A DNA stretch of 46,226 bases from a virus (lineage: Duplodnaviria > Caudoviricetes), in IMG/VR virus record IMGVR_UViG_3300024286_000009, positions 1 through 46,226 of that record; one strand, written 5' to 3'. Of the stretch, positions 26,720-35,737 are shown one piece after another (within the stretch, counting starts at the first letter, position 1; each line of letters opens with the position of its first letter). The notes below the pieces were generated by a model. That model was not told the DNA's origin and searched no databases. It saw only the letters and a list, made by a program, of their open reading frames with translations. The position numbers and the translations under genes were made by a program.

Positions 26720-27717
26720 CGCCGCAGCCCGACAAGTTCCTCGAGGACCTGACCGGGCGCTACGCGCGGCTGCACTTCGCCGCCGTCCACGACTTATACG
26801 TCGCGGTCGTGACCGGGAACAACCCGGCCGCCCGCGACGCGCGCGCCGAGCTCGACCGCGTCGTTACCGAGACGATGGGCATGGCGGAGGTGCTCGGCGC
26901 GCGATTGACCCTCCAGGCGGCGGCGCGCGAGCGCGGGCGCCTGACGGACCGCGAGGCCGCGGTGACGCTGCTTATGCGGGGTGTCGTCTGCGCCGAGCTC
27001 TGGGAGCGGGGGCACCGGCTCCTGGCCTTCGCCGACGAGCCGACGCAGACGATCTTTCCCCGCGTGACGCTGACCGAGGCGCTCGACGACCTCGTGAGTC
27101 GGACGCCGGTGACGCTGCGCCGCGCCGCCGACAGGTCGGCGCAGAAGATCGCGCAGCTCTACGGCGCGGGCCGCGTCGTCGCGTTCGCGCGCGCCGCGGA
27201 GAAGGCCGTCACCGAGGAGGCGCACCGCACCATCGCGCGGCTGTTCCGCGAGGGCCTCGGCGAGAACGAGGCCGCGCGCGAGCTCTCGCGCTCGGTGGAG
27301 GCGGTCCGCGAGCGCAGCGCGCCGTGGGCCGAGTCGTACTCGCGGATGGTGTTCCGGACGACGGTCAACACCGCGGTGACCGCGGGCCGCTTCCGGCAGG
27401 CGCGCGACCCCGACGTGCGCGAGGTCGCGCCGGCGTTCCGCTTCGACTCTGTGAACGACGCTGACACGCGCCCGAACCACCGCGCAGCCGACGACGTGAT
27501 CCTGTCCGTCGACGACCCGCAGTGGGCCAGGATCGCCCCGCCGCTCGGCTACAACTGCCGCTGCCGGGTCTCGATGGTCACGAGCTACGAGCTCGACCAG
27601 ATGGGGCGCCTCGACGCGCGCGGCAATGTGGTCCCGACCAAGGTGCCCAGCGACGCCGGCCCCGACGAGGGCTTCCGGCACGGCGGGCGTCCCGACCTCT
27701 TCGCGGTGACCGCGTGA
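26716..27717 (+). CDS. Mu gpF / SPP1 gp7-like head morphogenesis protein
   Basis: VFRT.V.TA..AGR, D..TRP.H, DDP.W...PPLGYNCRC, PD.GF. Confidence 0.92.
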   Translation: MTPQPDKFLEDLTGRYARLHFAAVHDLYVAVVTGNNPAARDARAELDRVVTETMGMAEVLGARLTLQAAARERGRLTDREAAVTLLMRGVVCAELWERGHRLLAFADEPTQTIFPRVTLTEALDDLVSRTPVTLRRAADRSAQKIAQLYGAGRVVAFARAAEKAVTEEAHRTIARLFREGLGENEAARELSRSVEAVRERSAPWAESYSRMVFRTTVNTAVTAGRFRQARDPDVREVAPAFRFDSVNDADTRPNHRAADDVILSVDDPQWARIAPPLGYNCRCRVSMVTSYELDQMGRLDARGNVVPTKVPSDAGPDEGFRHGGRPDLFAVTA

Positions 27718-27917
27718 ACGCGGACCGCGACTGGCCGGAGACGTTCCGCGAGTTCCGGCGGATAGCCGCCGAGAGCGGCGTGCGCGAGGTAGCGCAGCGG
27801 ATCCCCGCCGACTACAGCACCGTCTACCGGATGCTCCGCGGCGAGACCGCGGAGCCGACGCGCGCCGTCCGGGCGGGCATCGAGCGGATCGTGACGGAGC
27901 ACCAGCGAAAGGACTGA
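27714..27917 (+). CDS. Small Cro-like HTH protein
   Basis: GVREVAQRIPADYSTVYRMLRGET.EP; GTGA-coupled. Confidence 0.75.
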   Translation: MNADRDWPETFREFRRIAAESGVREVAQRIPADYSTVYRMLRGETAEPTRAVRAGIERIVTEHQRKD

Positions 27918-27920
27918 CGC

Positions 27921-28457
27921 ATGAGTTTCATCAACCTGTCACTGAACGCGCAACCCCCGAGCCAGCCTCGCGGTCCCGCGGTGCTGCTCGCGACGTTCAA
28001 CCGCCCGAACGACACCGCTCCCTACGCCATCGGCGACGTGATCTCCGCGTCGACGGGCTCGGCCGACACGATCATTTTTACCAACCCGGGTATGGTCGGG
28101 AAGGTCTGGACGGCCTCGCTGGTCTACGCGCACACGATCGGCGCGGACTTCGACCTCTTGCTGTTCGACGGTAACCCGAGCGGCTTTGCCGACAACGCGG
28201 CGCTAGCCCTAAGCTCGCCGAACGACGAGGCGAAGCTCGTCGGCTCGTTCCGCTTCCCGAGCGCGAACAAGATCAACATCGGGTCGAACCTGGAGCTCTA
28301 CCGCACCGTCGGCCCGCTCGGCGAGATGCACACCGGGCCGTTTTCGTTCGGCGCGGGCCCCGTCGGCGGCCTGTTCGGGCTCGTGCGCGTGAACACCGTG
28401 TTCACGCCTGCGGCCAACACACGCATGACGATCCGCCTCCACGTCGAGAGGGACTGA
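27921..28457 (+). CDS. Putative virion structural protein (beta-rich)
   Basis: RPNDT.PY..GDVI and F.DNA motifs of phage jelly-roll proteins; located in the head module. Confidence 0.55.
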   Translation: MSFINLSLNAQPPSQPRGPAVLLATFNRPNDTAPYAIGDVISASTGSADTIIFTNPGMVGKVWTASLVYAHTIGADFDLLLFDGNPSGFADNAALALSSPNDEAKLVGSFRFPSANKINIGSNLELYRTVGPLGEMHTGPFSFGAGPVGGLFGLVRVNTVFTPAANTRMTIRLHVERD

Positions 28458-28459
28458 CG

Positions 28460-29905
28460 ATGAACTACCGGGCCACGCGCGACGCGGGCGGCGCGCTCAC
28501 AATCCACGACGTCCCGATCTTCCTCGAGTGCGAGAAGGGCGACGCGAAGTTCGACGCGGACTGGATCCGCGGCGCCGTCGCGAAGGCCGCGCAGGCGGAG
28601 CGCGACGGCTACCTGCCGCCGCTGCACGTTCGCCACCACGGCAAGAAGGAGGCAGCGGCGCCGGTGCGCGCCGCGGGGTTCTTCCGCGTCCTCCGCGCGG
28701 CGCCGATGCAGTTCAAGGGCGAGGAGCGGCTCGCGGTGTTCGCCGACCTCGTCGTCACCGACCCGTCGGTGCGCGAGGACCTGCTCGCGAAGCGGCTCCC
28801 CTACCGCTCGGTCGAAATCTTCGACGTCGGAGACCCGGGGATCGACTCGCTCGCGCTGCTCGACCACGAGGCGCCGTTCCTCGAGCTGCCGATGCTCATG
28901 GTCTCGGAGGTCGGCGGCGACACCCAGCGCCTTGTGGCAAGTGCCACTTTCGCGCAGCCCTGGTCGCGCGGGAGGTCGACGGACCGCGACACGGTGGTAG
29001 CGTTCTTCCGTCGAGGGCAGGCAGCGTACCTGCTCACCCAGGACGTGAACGACGCGAACGATGACGACGCCGGCAAGGACACCCCCGAGGGTGAGAAGCC
29101 CGCGGCGGCGCAGGACTCGAAGGTCAAGGCGATCGTCGAGTCCATCGAGGCCGGTTCGATCACCGTCGCGGACCTGGACGCGATCCTGGCCGCGGTCAAG
29201 GCGCTGCGCGACTCGCGCGCGTCGCAGGACAAGTCCACCCCCGGCGCGCCGAGCGGCGCGCCGGCGTCCGCCGGCGCGCCCGGCGGCGACACGACGAGCA
29301 CGAGGGAAACCATGAGCAAGCAGGACGAGGAGCGGGCGGCGGCGGAGGCGGCGGCGAAGGGTCAGGCCGAGGCGGAGAAGGCGCTCGCGGCGAAGGCCGC
29401 CGCGGACGCGAACGCGACGGCGACGAAGGACACGAGCGAGCAGTTCGCGAAGCTCGCCGGCGAGAACGCGGCGCTCAAGGCGCGGCTCGACGATCGCGAC
29501 GCGACCGACGTCCGGCGCGACGACGTCGCGACCGCGCTCGAGCGCCTCGCCGGTCGACCGCTCGGCGCCGACATCAAGACGAAGCTCGAGGCGTTCCACA
29601 AGGAGTTCGGGCCGAAGCCGTTCAAGGCGTACGTCGACTCGATGGTCGCGACGTTCGCGGTGCTCCCGAGCGACGCCGCCGCGGCGGCCGCGTTCGCGGC
29701 GTCGTCTGCGACCGCGGCGTCCGCGCCGGAGGCGGCCGTGCCCTACACGGAGCTCGGCCCCGACGCGGTGAAGAAGGCCGCGCAGTTCGCGCGCGAGTGG
29801 CAGGACATCAGCGCGCGCGGGCATACGACGATCAGCGAGGAACGCTACGTGCAGATCAACATGGAGAAGGCCGGGCTGCGCCTCAAGGCGAAGAAGCCCG
29901 CCTGA
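28460..29905 (+). CDS. Prohead protease/scaffold (Mu gpI/Z-like)
   Basis: HVRH, AAG, LPYRSVE, LALL...PF protease motifs followed by a helical scaffold. Confidence 0.8.
   Translation: MNYRATRDAGGALTIHDVPIFLECEKGDAKFDADWIRGAVAKAAQAERDGYLPPLHVRHHGKKEAAAPVRAAGFFRVLRAAPMQFKGEERLAVFADLVVTDPSVREDLLAKRLPYRSVEIFDVGDPGIDSLALLDHEAPFLELPMLMVSEVGGDTQRLVASATFAQPWSRGRSTDRDTVVAFFRRGQAAYLLTQDVNDANDDDAGKDTPEGEKPAAAQDSKVKAIVESIEAGSITVADLDAILAAVKALRDSRASQDKSTPGAPSGAPASAGAPGGDTTSTRETMSKQDEERAAAEAAAKGQAEAEKALAAKAAADANATATKDTSEQFAKLAGENAALKARLDDRDATDVRRDDVATALERLAGRPLGADIKTKLEAFHKEFGPKPFKAYVDSMVATFAVLPSDAAAAAAFAASSATAASAPEAAVPYTELGPDAVKKAAQFAREWQDISARGHTTISEERYVQINMEKAGLRLKAKKPA
29312..29905 (+). CDS. Nested in-frame scaffolding protein
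   Basis: Internal GAGGGA RBS and ATG (MSKQDEE...), as in Mu I/Z. Confidence 0.6.
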   Translation: MSKQDEERAAAEAAAKGQAEAEKALAAKAAADANATATKDTSEQFAKLAGENAALKARLDDRDATDVRRDDVATALERLAGRPLGADIKTKLEAFHKEFGPKPFKAYVDSMVATFAVLPSDAAAAAAFAASSATAASAPEAAVPYTELGPDAVKKAAQFAREWQDISARGHTTISEERYVQINMEKAGLRLKAKKPA

Positions 29906-29965
29906 CCTCCGCGACCGCCTCCGGGGTACCAACCGAAACCGAAACGCGACTCGAGGGACCGACCG

Positions 29966-30478
29966 ATGCTGACTCTCCTCCTCCTACTGCTCGCCGCCGC
30001 GGTGTTCTTCGCTGTCGCGAGTCCGCGGATGGCGAACCTGACCGCGAACACGATCCAGCCGTCGCAGCCGCGCGCCGGTCGCGAGTCCTATACGTTGACG
30101 AACGCGCTCCAGGTGTTCGCGGGTTCGCTGGTCTGTCTCGACACGACGACCGGCCTCGTCATCAAGCCGACGGATCTCGCGACGTGCAAGTTCCTCGGCA
30201 TCGCCCTTGAGGACAAACTCGGCAACACCTCCGCGACGCCGCCGGTCGAGGTCCGCATCAACACCGAGGGCGAGACCCTCAAGCAGCAGGCGATCGCGAC
30301 GTTCGCGACCCAGTCGAAGGTCGGCTCGCTCGTGTTCGCCGCGACGACGGACAACCCGGCCGACTTCACGACCGTCGCGGCGACGAACATGAAGGCGGTC
30401 GGCGTCGCGACCCGGTTCTACTCCAGCGGCATCGGCGACGTGAAGCTGTTCACGCCGGCGGAGCACCTCGCCCTCTAA
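29966..30478 (+). CDS. Capsid decoration/cement protein (DUF2190-like), possibly with a 21-aa hydrophobic leader
   Basis: MANLTAN...FAGSLV...KFLGIA...VGSLVFA..D...VG. Lies between protease and capsid. Alternative start at 30029. Confidence 0.75.
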   Translation: MLTLLLLLLAAAVFFAVASPRMANLTANTIQPSQPRAGRESYTLTNALQVFAGSLVCLDTTTGLVIKPTDLATCKFLGIALEDKLGNTSATPPVEVRINTEGETLKQQAIATFATQSKVGSLVFAATTDNPADFTTVAATNMKAVGVATRFYSSGIGDVKLFTPAEHLAL

Positions 30479-30510
30479 CAGCAACACGCCCCTAACGGAG
30501 AACGCCAGCG

Positions 30511-31494
30511 ATGCAGATCATTGCCAGTCAGGTCCTCGCGAACGGCCTGCGCACCGAGTTCGCCGACACCTACCTCGCGATCAACAACCGGCAGGCCGAC
30601 GGCCGGCTCGCGCAAGTCATGGACCTCGGCATCGGCGCGACCAACCGCCAGCACGAGTTCGCGTACTTCGAGGCCGCGCCCCACATGACCTACTGGCGCC
30701 GCGGCGACCCGATCCCGAGCGACGCGATGCGCTCGGTCCAGTGGGCCGTGCCGGTCTACACCTGGGGCCGCCGCATCCCGTGGCACAAGGAGGACCGCAA
30801 GGACGACCAGACGGGCTCGCTGTTCGACATGGCGAGGATGGCCGGCAACAGCGCCGCGCTGCTCCCGATCCGGTTCTTCTTCGACGTCATCACGAACGCG
30901 ACGAACACGCTCCCCGCGGTACCGCTGGCGCCGGACGGCGCGAGCATCTTCGCGACCACCGCCGGCGGCCTGAACCGCTTCGGCGTGAGCTCGGGCAACC
31001 TGCTCTCGGGCTCCGGCGTCGCGACGGTCTCGGCGATCCTGACCGACTACTACCGCGCGATCGCGCAGTGGAAGCTGTTCCAGGACGGCAAGGGCCAGCC
31101 GCTCCTGAGCGACGAGATCATCGACATGGGCGCGACGATCATCCACGGCGCGGCGAACACCCAGGTGTTCGAGCAGGCGTTCCTGCAGAAGCGCCAGGGA
31201 ACGCTCGGGTCCGCGTCGGGCACGCCGTCGAACATCGTGCAGGACGCAAGCCGCAACGTCGAGCTCTGGAGCACGGCGCGCATCACCGACAACGACTGGT
31301 TCCTGTTCCTCAAGAACCCGCCGAAGAAGGCGGCCTTCCTGCTCGACCGCCAGGGCGTCGAGGAGTTCTCCTCGCTCGAGGGAGACAACAACGGCGACCG
31401 CACGCGCGACACGGGCGAGGAGTACGTGCAGTGGGAGCGGCGCGCCGGCGCCGGCGTCGCGCTCCCCTACGCCGCGATCAAGATCGACAACTGA
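30511..31494 (+). CDS. Major capsid protein (Mu gpT-like)
   Basis: ED..DDQ.G, DG..IF.T, D..G.PL, WFL; size and position fit. Confidence 0.88.
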   Translation: MQIIASQVLANGLRTEFADTYLAINNRQADGRLAQVMDLGIGATNRQHEFAYFEAAPHMTYWRRGDPIPSDAMRSVQWAVPVYTWGRRIPWHKEDRKDDQTGSLFDMARMAGNSAALLPIRFFFDVITNATNTLPAVPLAPDGASIFATTAGGLNRFGVSSGNLLSGSGVATVSAILTDYYRAIAQWKLFQDGKGQPLLSDEIIDMGATIIHGAANTQVFEQAFLQKRQGTLGSASGTPSNIVQDASRNVELWSTARITDNDWFLFLKNPPKKAAFLLDRQGVEEFSSLEGDNNGDRTRDTGEEYVQWERRAGAGVALPYAAIKIDN

Positions 31495-31502
31495 GGCAAG
31501 GC

Positions 31503-31589
31503 GGGTCGCTCGTCGCGACTCCCAGCGAAAGGCAGAGTAGCGGGTCGGCTTCTGCGTGGTCGCCGGCCCGCGACTTTACAGAGGACCAC
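31503..31589 (+). promoter_or_regulatory. Candidate structured RNA (hairpin plus pseudoknot) downstream of the capsid gene
   Basis: Stem 31540-31549/31562-31571. Loop GTGGTC (31556-31561) is complementary to GACCAC (31584-31589). Confidence 0.4.
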
Positions 31590-31607
31590 CAGTCTCACGA
31601 GGCGGAG

Positions 31608-32318
31608 ATGACCCGCGTAGACGACACCGAGGGGCCGCTGGTCCCGCGCACCAATCCTGACGTTGGCCGCCCCGCGGTGGCGACGCTCGCCCCGCCGCAG
31701 CCGACCGCCGCGCCGATCGCGTCCAAGACGCGGATCCCCGGCCGCGAGCTCGTGCTCGAGGCCGGCCGCCACGATGCTTCCGTCGGCGTCGAGTACCGCT
31801 ACTGGGTCGGCGTCTCGCCGTCCTGCCCGGTGCAGTCGATCACCGTCGCGGGCATCGACTTCCCGAAGGTGAACGAGCTCCTGATCGACGACCCGGCCCG
31901 CACCGGCCAGAAGCGTCGCGTGCCCGTCATCGGCGCGATCGTGTTCCTCGACGCCGACCGCATCCGCCGGCTTCGCGAGCAGCTCCCGCGCACGGTGATC
32001 CGCTTCCTCGACGACGGCGGCGAGAAGGAGGAGCCCGGCACGGGCCAGAATATCGGCGACGCGCACCGGCAGCCGCGGAAGGGCCACGTCATCACCGTGC
32101 CGTCGCCCGAGGAGGTCGCGCAGCGCCGCAAGGACGGGACCGCGATCAACCTCTACGTGCCGAGCCGTCACGACGTCCCCGCGGCTCGCTTCATGTTCGC
32201 GCAGATCTGCGCCGACCAGGAGCGCGGCTCGCGCGGTGAGTTCTACCCCGACCCGCTGGAGGTCTCCGGCCTCGATTGGCCGGACGAGCTCGGCGACCTC
32301 GACAAGCTCCTGAGCTGA
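31608..32318 (+). CDS. Hypothetical protein
   Basis: ATG with purine-rich upstream sequence; protein-like part of the long ORF. Confidence 0.7.
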   Translation: MTRVDDTEGPLVPRTNPDVGRPAVATLAPPQPTAAPIASKTRIPGRELVLEAGRHDASVGVEYRYWVGVSPSCPVQSITVAGIDFPKVNELLIDDPARTGQKRRVPVIGAIVFLDADRIRRLREQLPRTVIRFLDDGGEKEEPGTGQNIGDAHRQPRKGHVITVPSPEEVAQRRKDGTAINLYVPSRHDVPAARFMFAQICADQERGSRGEFYPDPLEVSGLDWPDELGDLDKLLS

Positions 32319-32322
32319 ACGA

Positions 32323-33669
32323 ATGAGCGGCACGCCGACCGAAGCGGAGATCCAGTCCCAGTGGCGCGCCGCCATCGACGTCCTCGAGACGTCGCGCAAC
32401 TTCTACGACGGCACCCTGGCCGGTGGCGGCGGCAAGTTCGACGTGCTACTGCAGCTCCTCGAGGGCGACTACACGCCGTTCGAGCTCGCGGGGTTCGTGA
32501 CCTCGTTCCGCGCCGCGATCTCGAACACGATCACGCCCAACGCCGCCTTCGGCGTGCACCGGGCGGCGCTGTTCGAGTATGCGCGCATCCTCAAGAACGA
32601 CGCGACGGTCGGCTTCGGCTCCGGCTTCCGCAACGAGTCCGAGCTGTTCCGCGCGCTCTACGAGTGGTTCGTCGCGAAGGGCCTCTCGGTCAAGTCGCGC
32701 GCGATCACCTACGCCGGCGCGGTGGCCGGTGGCGCGAACGTCGGCAACGGCGCGATGTCGCGGCTAACCGTCGACGAGAACAACTTCCCGCTCGAAGCGT
32801 GCTTCGTCGAGAAGAAGGCGTTCCGCTGCCGGCAGGACCAGAACAGCGGCGTGCAGAAGGAGGCCGAGACCTTCGAGTTCGTAGGCTCCGCCGCGAGCGC
32901 CGACGCGCTGCTGCGCTCGTCGTTCGGCTCGGGCGAGTCCTCGCGCACGCTGATCGTGAGCGGCAACGCCGGCGCGGGGTCCGGCGGCTCGCTGCTCACG
33001 AACTCGTCGTTCTCGGAGTTCAACGCGTCGAGCACGCCGAAGTTCACCGCGTGGGACGAGCTCGCCGGCTCCGCCGGCGTCGGCCAGGACACGAGCACGT
33101 TCTACCGCTCGTTCCCCAATGCGTCGGTAGACGCGTCGCTCAAGCTCACCGCGGGGAGCGGCACGATCACGCTGCGGCAGACGACGCTCAACATGCGGAC
33201 GCCGCGGCTCGACGTCAACACGCCCTACTTCCTGCGGGCGATGGTAAACAAGACGCCGGGCACCGCGGTCGGCGGCTCGTTCACGATCCGGCTCGGCTCG
33301 CAGAGCACGACGGTCACCATCGCGTCGCTCGCGGCCGGCTGGAACGAGGTCCTGATCCCGATCGGCCAGAACAACTGGTTCCGCCGGTTCAACAAGGACG
33401 GCTGGGACATCCAGGTCGAGTGGAGCACGCCGACGAGCGGCTACCTGCTCGTCGACGACCTCCTGTTCGCCCCGTTCTGGTTCGTCGACGGCACGTGGTG
33501 GTATCTGCGCCAGAACGCGGGCGCGCCGGTGCGCTGGCTCGTCGACGACGTCCTGACGTTCACGGACACCGGCGGCGCGCCCGCCACGGGCAAGATCCAA
33601 TACTGGTTGTGGGTCTCGGGCCTCGGCTACCTGCCGAGCTCGGGGTCGCCTACCTTCACCGACCCGTGA
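32323..33669 (+). CDS. Putative virion protein with C-terminal jelly-roll/CBM-like domain
   Basis: LLTNSSF, SLKL, GW.., YLLVDD pattern; located in the structural operon. Confidence 0.6.
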   Translation: MSGTPTEAEIQSQWRAAIDVLETSRNFYDGTLAGGGGKFDVLLQLLEGDYTPFELAGFVTSFRAAISNTITPNAAFGVHRAALFEYARILKNDATVGFGSGFRNESELFRALYEWFVAKGLSVKSRAITYAGAVAGGANVGNGAMSRLTVDENNFPLEACFVEKKAFRCRQDQNSGVQKEAETFEFVGSAASADALLRSSFGSGESSRTLIVSGNAGAGSGGSLLTNSSFSEFNASSTPKFTAWDELAGSAGVGQDTSTFYRSFPNASVDASLKLTAGSGTITLRQTTLNMRTPRLDVNTPYFLRAMVNKTPGTAVGGSFTIRLGSQSTTVTIASLAAGWNEVLIPIGQNNWFRRFNKDGWDIQVEWSTPTSGYLLVDDLLFAPFWFVDGTWWYLRQNAGAPVRWLVDDVLTFTDTGGAPATGKIQYWLWVSGLGYLPSSGSPTFTDP

Positions 33670-34166
33670 CCGCCGAGTCCGCAGAGCTCTGGAACGCCGT
33701 CAAGGCGAGCTATGACCAGGACGGGCTCGTCGCGCTGACGAACATCCGCGACCGCAGCGCGACGGCGATCGACGACGCCGTCGGCGGCGACGCGGCGCTG
33801 GCCGTGACGAACCTCTGGGGCGTCTACGCGCAGTCCCCCTACCCGACGGCGCCGGTGGCGACGACCGACCCGCCCGCACTCGAGGTCGCCAAGCTCGCGG
33901 TCATCGCGGTCCTCTGGCGGCGCGGCGGGGCGAGCTCGACGATCGAGCAGGTGAAGTGGGACGAGGTGTTCGGCGACTCGGGTCTGATCGCCACGTTCCG
34001 TAAGACGCGCGCCCGCGCGCACGGCGCGCCGAGCTCGAACAGCGGCGTGCAGCAGGCCCCCGAGACCGACTCCAGCGGGCGCCGCGTCGCCGGCTGGTCG
34101 GACGACGCGAGCCTCCCCACCGCGTACCTGCCGCGCAGCACGCCGGCGGACGTCAACAACACCTAG
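33666..34166 (+). CDS. Head-tail adaptor (Mu gp36-like)
   Basis: Y....LVALTN, helical composition, position. Confidence 0.55.
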   Translation: MTAESAELWNAVKASYDQDGLVALTNIRDRSATAIDDAVGGDAALAVTNLWGVYAQSPYPTAPVATTDPPALEVAKLAVIAVLWRRGGASSTIEQVKWDEVFGDSGLIATFRKTRARAHGAPSSNSGVQQAPETDSSGRRVAGWSDDASLPTAYLPRSTPADVNNT

Positions 34167-34173
34167 GCGCCCC

Positions 34174-34764
34174 ATGGCGACGGCCTCGTTCGACCCCGGG
34201 GCGAAGCTCGAGCGGATCCGCCGCGCGATCGCGAACCCCGAGAGGGCGCTCAAGCAGGTCGGCGTCATCATGGTCGCGGAGTCGCAGCGCGCGTTCCGCG
34301 ACCAGGGATTCGGCAGCGCACAGTGGGCGCCGCGCGGCGTGCCGAACGTGTTCGGGATCCTGGCCGACTTCGCCGCCGGCAAGAGCGAGCCGCCGCGGCG
34401 GCGGTTCGAGCCGCGCCCGGCGCTCCAGGACACCGGGCGGCTGGCCGCGTCGATCGCCTTCGAGGTCGTCGGCCGCGACTCCGTTCGCGTCGGCTCGAAC
34501 CTGGACTACGCTGAGGTGATGCACCGAGGCGGAAAGATCCAGAGCGTCATGATCGACGGCCGAGTCCGCTCCGAGCTCTGGCGGTGGCTCCGCCGGCAGC
34601 CGCGCGCGATCAAGCGGCAGCTCGGCTGGCTGCTGAACCAGCGTTTCAAGGGCAAGAAGCTCGAGCACGAGGTACCCGCGCGGCCGTTCGTGGGCGTCAC
34701 CGACCGCACGATCGCGGCCGTGAAGGCGACGATCGGCGTCGCGATTATGGAGGTCGAGCGGTGA
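34174..34764 (+). CDS. Virion morphogenesis / tail completion protein (Mu gpG-like)
   Basis: F..Q....W.P, L.DTGRL..SI, VGSNL.YA..H.GG, PARPF.G. Confidence 0.9.
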   Translation: MATASFDPGAKLERIRRAIANPERALKQVGVIMVAESQRAFRDQGFGSAQWAPRGVPNVFGILADFAAGKSEPPRRRFEPRPALQDTGRLAASIAFEVVGRDSVRVGSNLDYAEVMHRGGKIQSVMIDGRVRSELWRWLRRQPRAIKRQLGWLLNQRFKGKKLEHEVPARPFVGVTDRTIAAVKATIGVAIMEVER

Positions 34765-35318
34765 CGGCCGGGTCCGCCTCGCGCGTGCTGCGCGTCCCCG
34801 GGCGCCTCGTCATCGACCCGACCGACCTGACCGACGACTTCCCGCACGGCGGCACGCTCGTCGGCCGCACGCGGCTCGTCGTGCTCAAGCCGCTGGCGAA
34901 CCCGTTCCGCGTCGAGTCCGAGGGCCTCGGAGGCGACGCGAGCGACGTGCTCGAAGGGTCGAACCACTACGTGTTCGCGTGCTTCCTGCGCGGCTGGGAC
35001 GACGACGCGGTGGCACTGCTCCTGCCCGACGGCTACACACAAGGCCCGGTCACCGGGCACGCGGTGTTCTCGTCGCCGGGCCTCAACGCGCCCGGCCGGT
35101 CGGCCCTAGGACGTGCCCGCACGCTGCTCTATGTTCCTGACAACCCGGTCGACGCGCCCGCGGTGCTGATCCACCGCGGCGTGGCGAACTGGGGCGACGG
35201 CGCCGAGCTCGCGCTGCAGCGGCAGACCGAGCTCGGGCTCCCGCTCGTCGTGGAGTGCGTGCGCGCCGCCGACGGCCGGATCCTCGACCTCGGGCGGCTC
35301 CCGGACCTCACCTTGTGA
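34761..35318 (+). CDS. Putative tail tube protein
   Basis: 185-aa beta-rich protein with a tube-like pattern (G.L..., VG.T.., E..G, E..LP..); position. Confidence 0.6.
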   Translation: MTAGSASRVLRVPGRLVIDPTDLTDDFPHGGTLVGRTRLVVLKPLANPFRVESEGLGGDASDVLEGSNHYVFACFLRGWDDDAVALLLPDGYTQGPVTGHAVFSSPGLNAPGRSALGRARTLLYVPDNPVDAPAVLIHRGVANWGDGAELALQRQTELGLPLVVECVRAADGRILDLGRLPDLTL

Positions 35319-35737
35319 AACTCTGGCCGAAGAAGCAGCCGACGCCGCCCCCGACGGTGACCAACGCGAGCCACCGCCGGTGGCTCCGCGCCGGCCGGCC
35401 GCCGTGGCTCTGGTTCCACGCGCTGCCGGCGGTCGAGCAGGAACAGCTCGCGCTGATCGGCGACGACCACGCGCGGGACCTCGCCCTCGCCGCCGGCTGG
35501 GCCGTGCGCGACCCCGAGGCGGCCGAGGCCGCGGTGGCCGCCGAGGGCGGCGACGCGAGCGCCGAGGAGTCCATGGCGCGGCGCATCGCCGGCGAGTTCG
35601 CCGCGAAGCTCCTGGCTCGCCGCGAGGGCCGCGCCGCGGCGCCGACGATGGCCGGCGTCGGGGCCCGGCGCGTCGCCGCCGCGGCGGCGCCGCGGCCCGC
35701 GGGCGCGCCCTTCGGCGGTCGGCCGGAGGTCTCTTGA
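35315..35737 (+). CDS. Hypothetical protein (possible tail assembly chaperone)
   Basis: Helical; follows the tail tube gene; coupled. Confidence 0.5.
   Translation: MKLWPKKQPTPPPTVTNASHRRWLRAGRPPWLWFHALPAVEQEQLALIGDDHARDLALAAGWAVRDPEAAEAAVAAEGGDASAEESMARRIAGEFAAKLLARREGRAAAPTMAGVGARRVAAAAAPRPAGAPFGGRPEVS

Noticed and set aside
30741-32318. -1 frameshift fusing the capsid to the downstream ORF (the -1 frame is open across the junction)
   Set aside because: No slippery heptamer is visible near the capsid 3' end, and long open frames are common at this GC content.
35315-35737. Tail assembly chaperone programmed frameshift
   Set aside because: No slippery site was found, and the next ORF has its own coupled TTG start.
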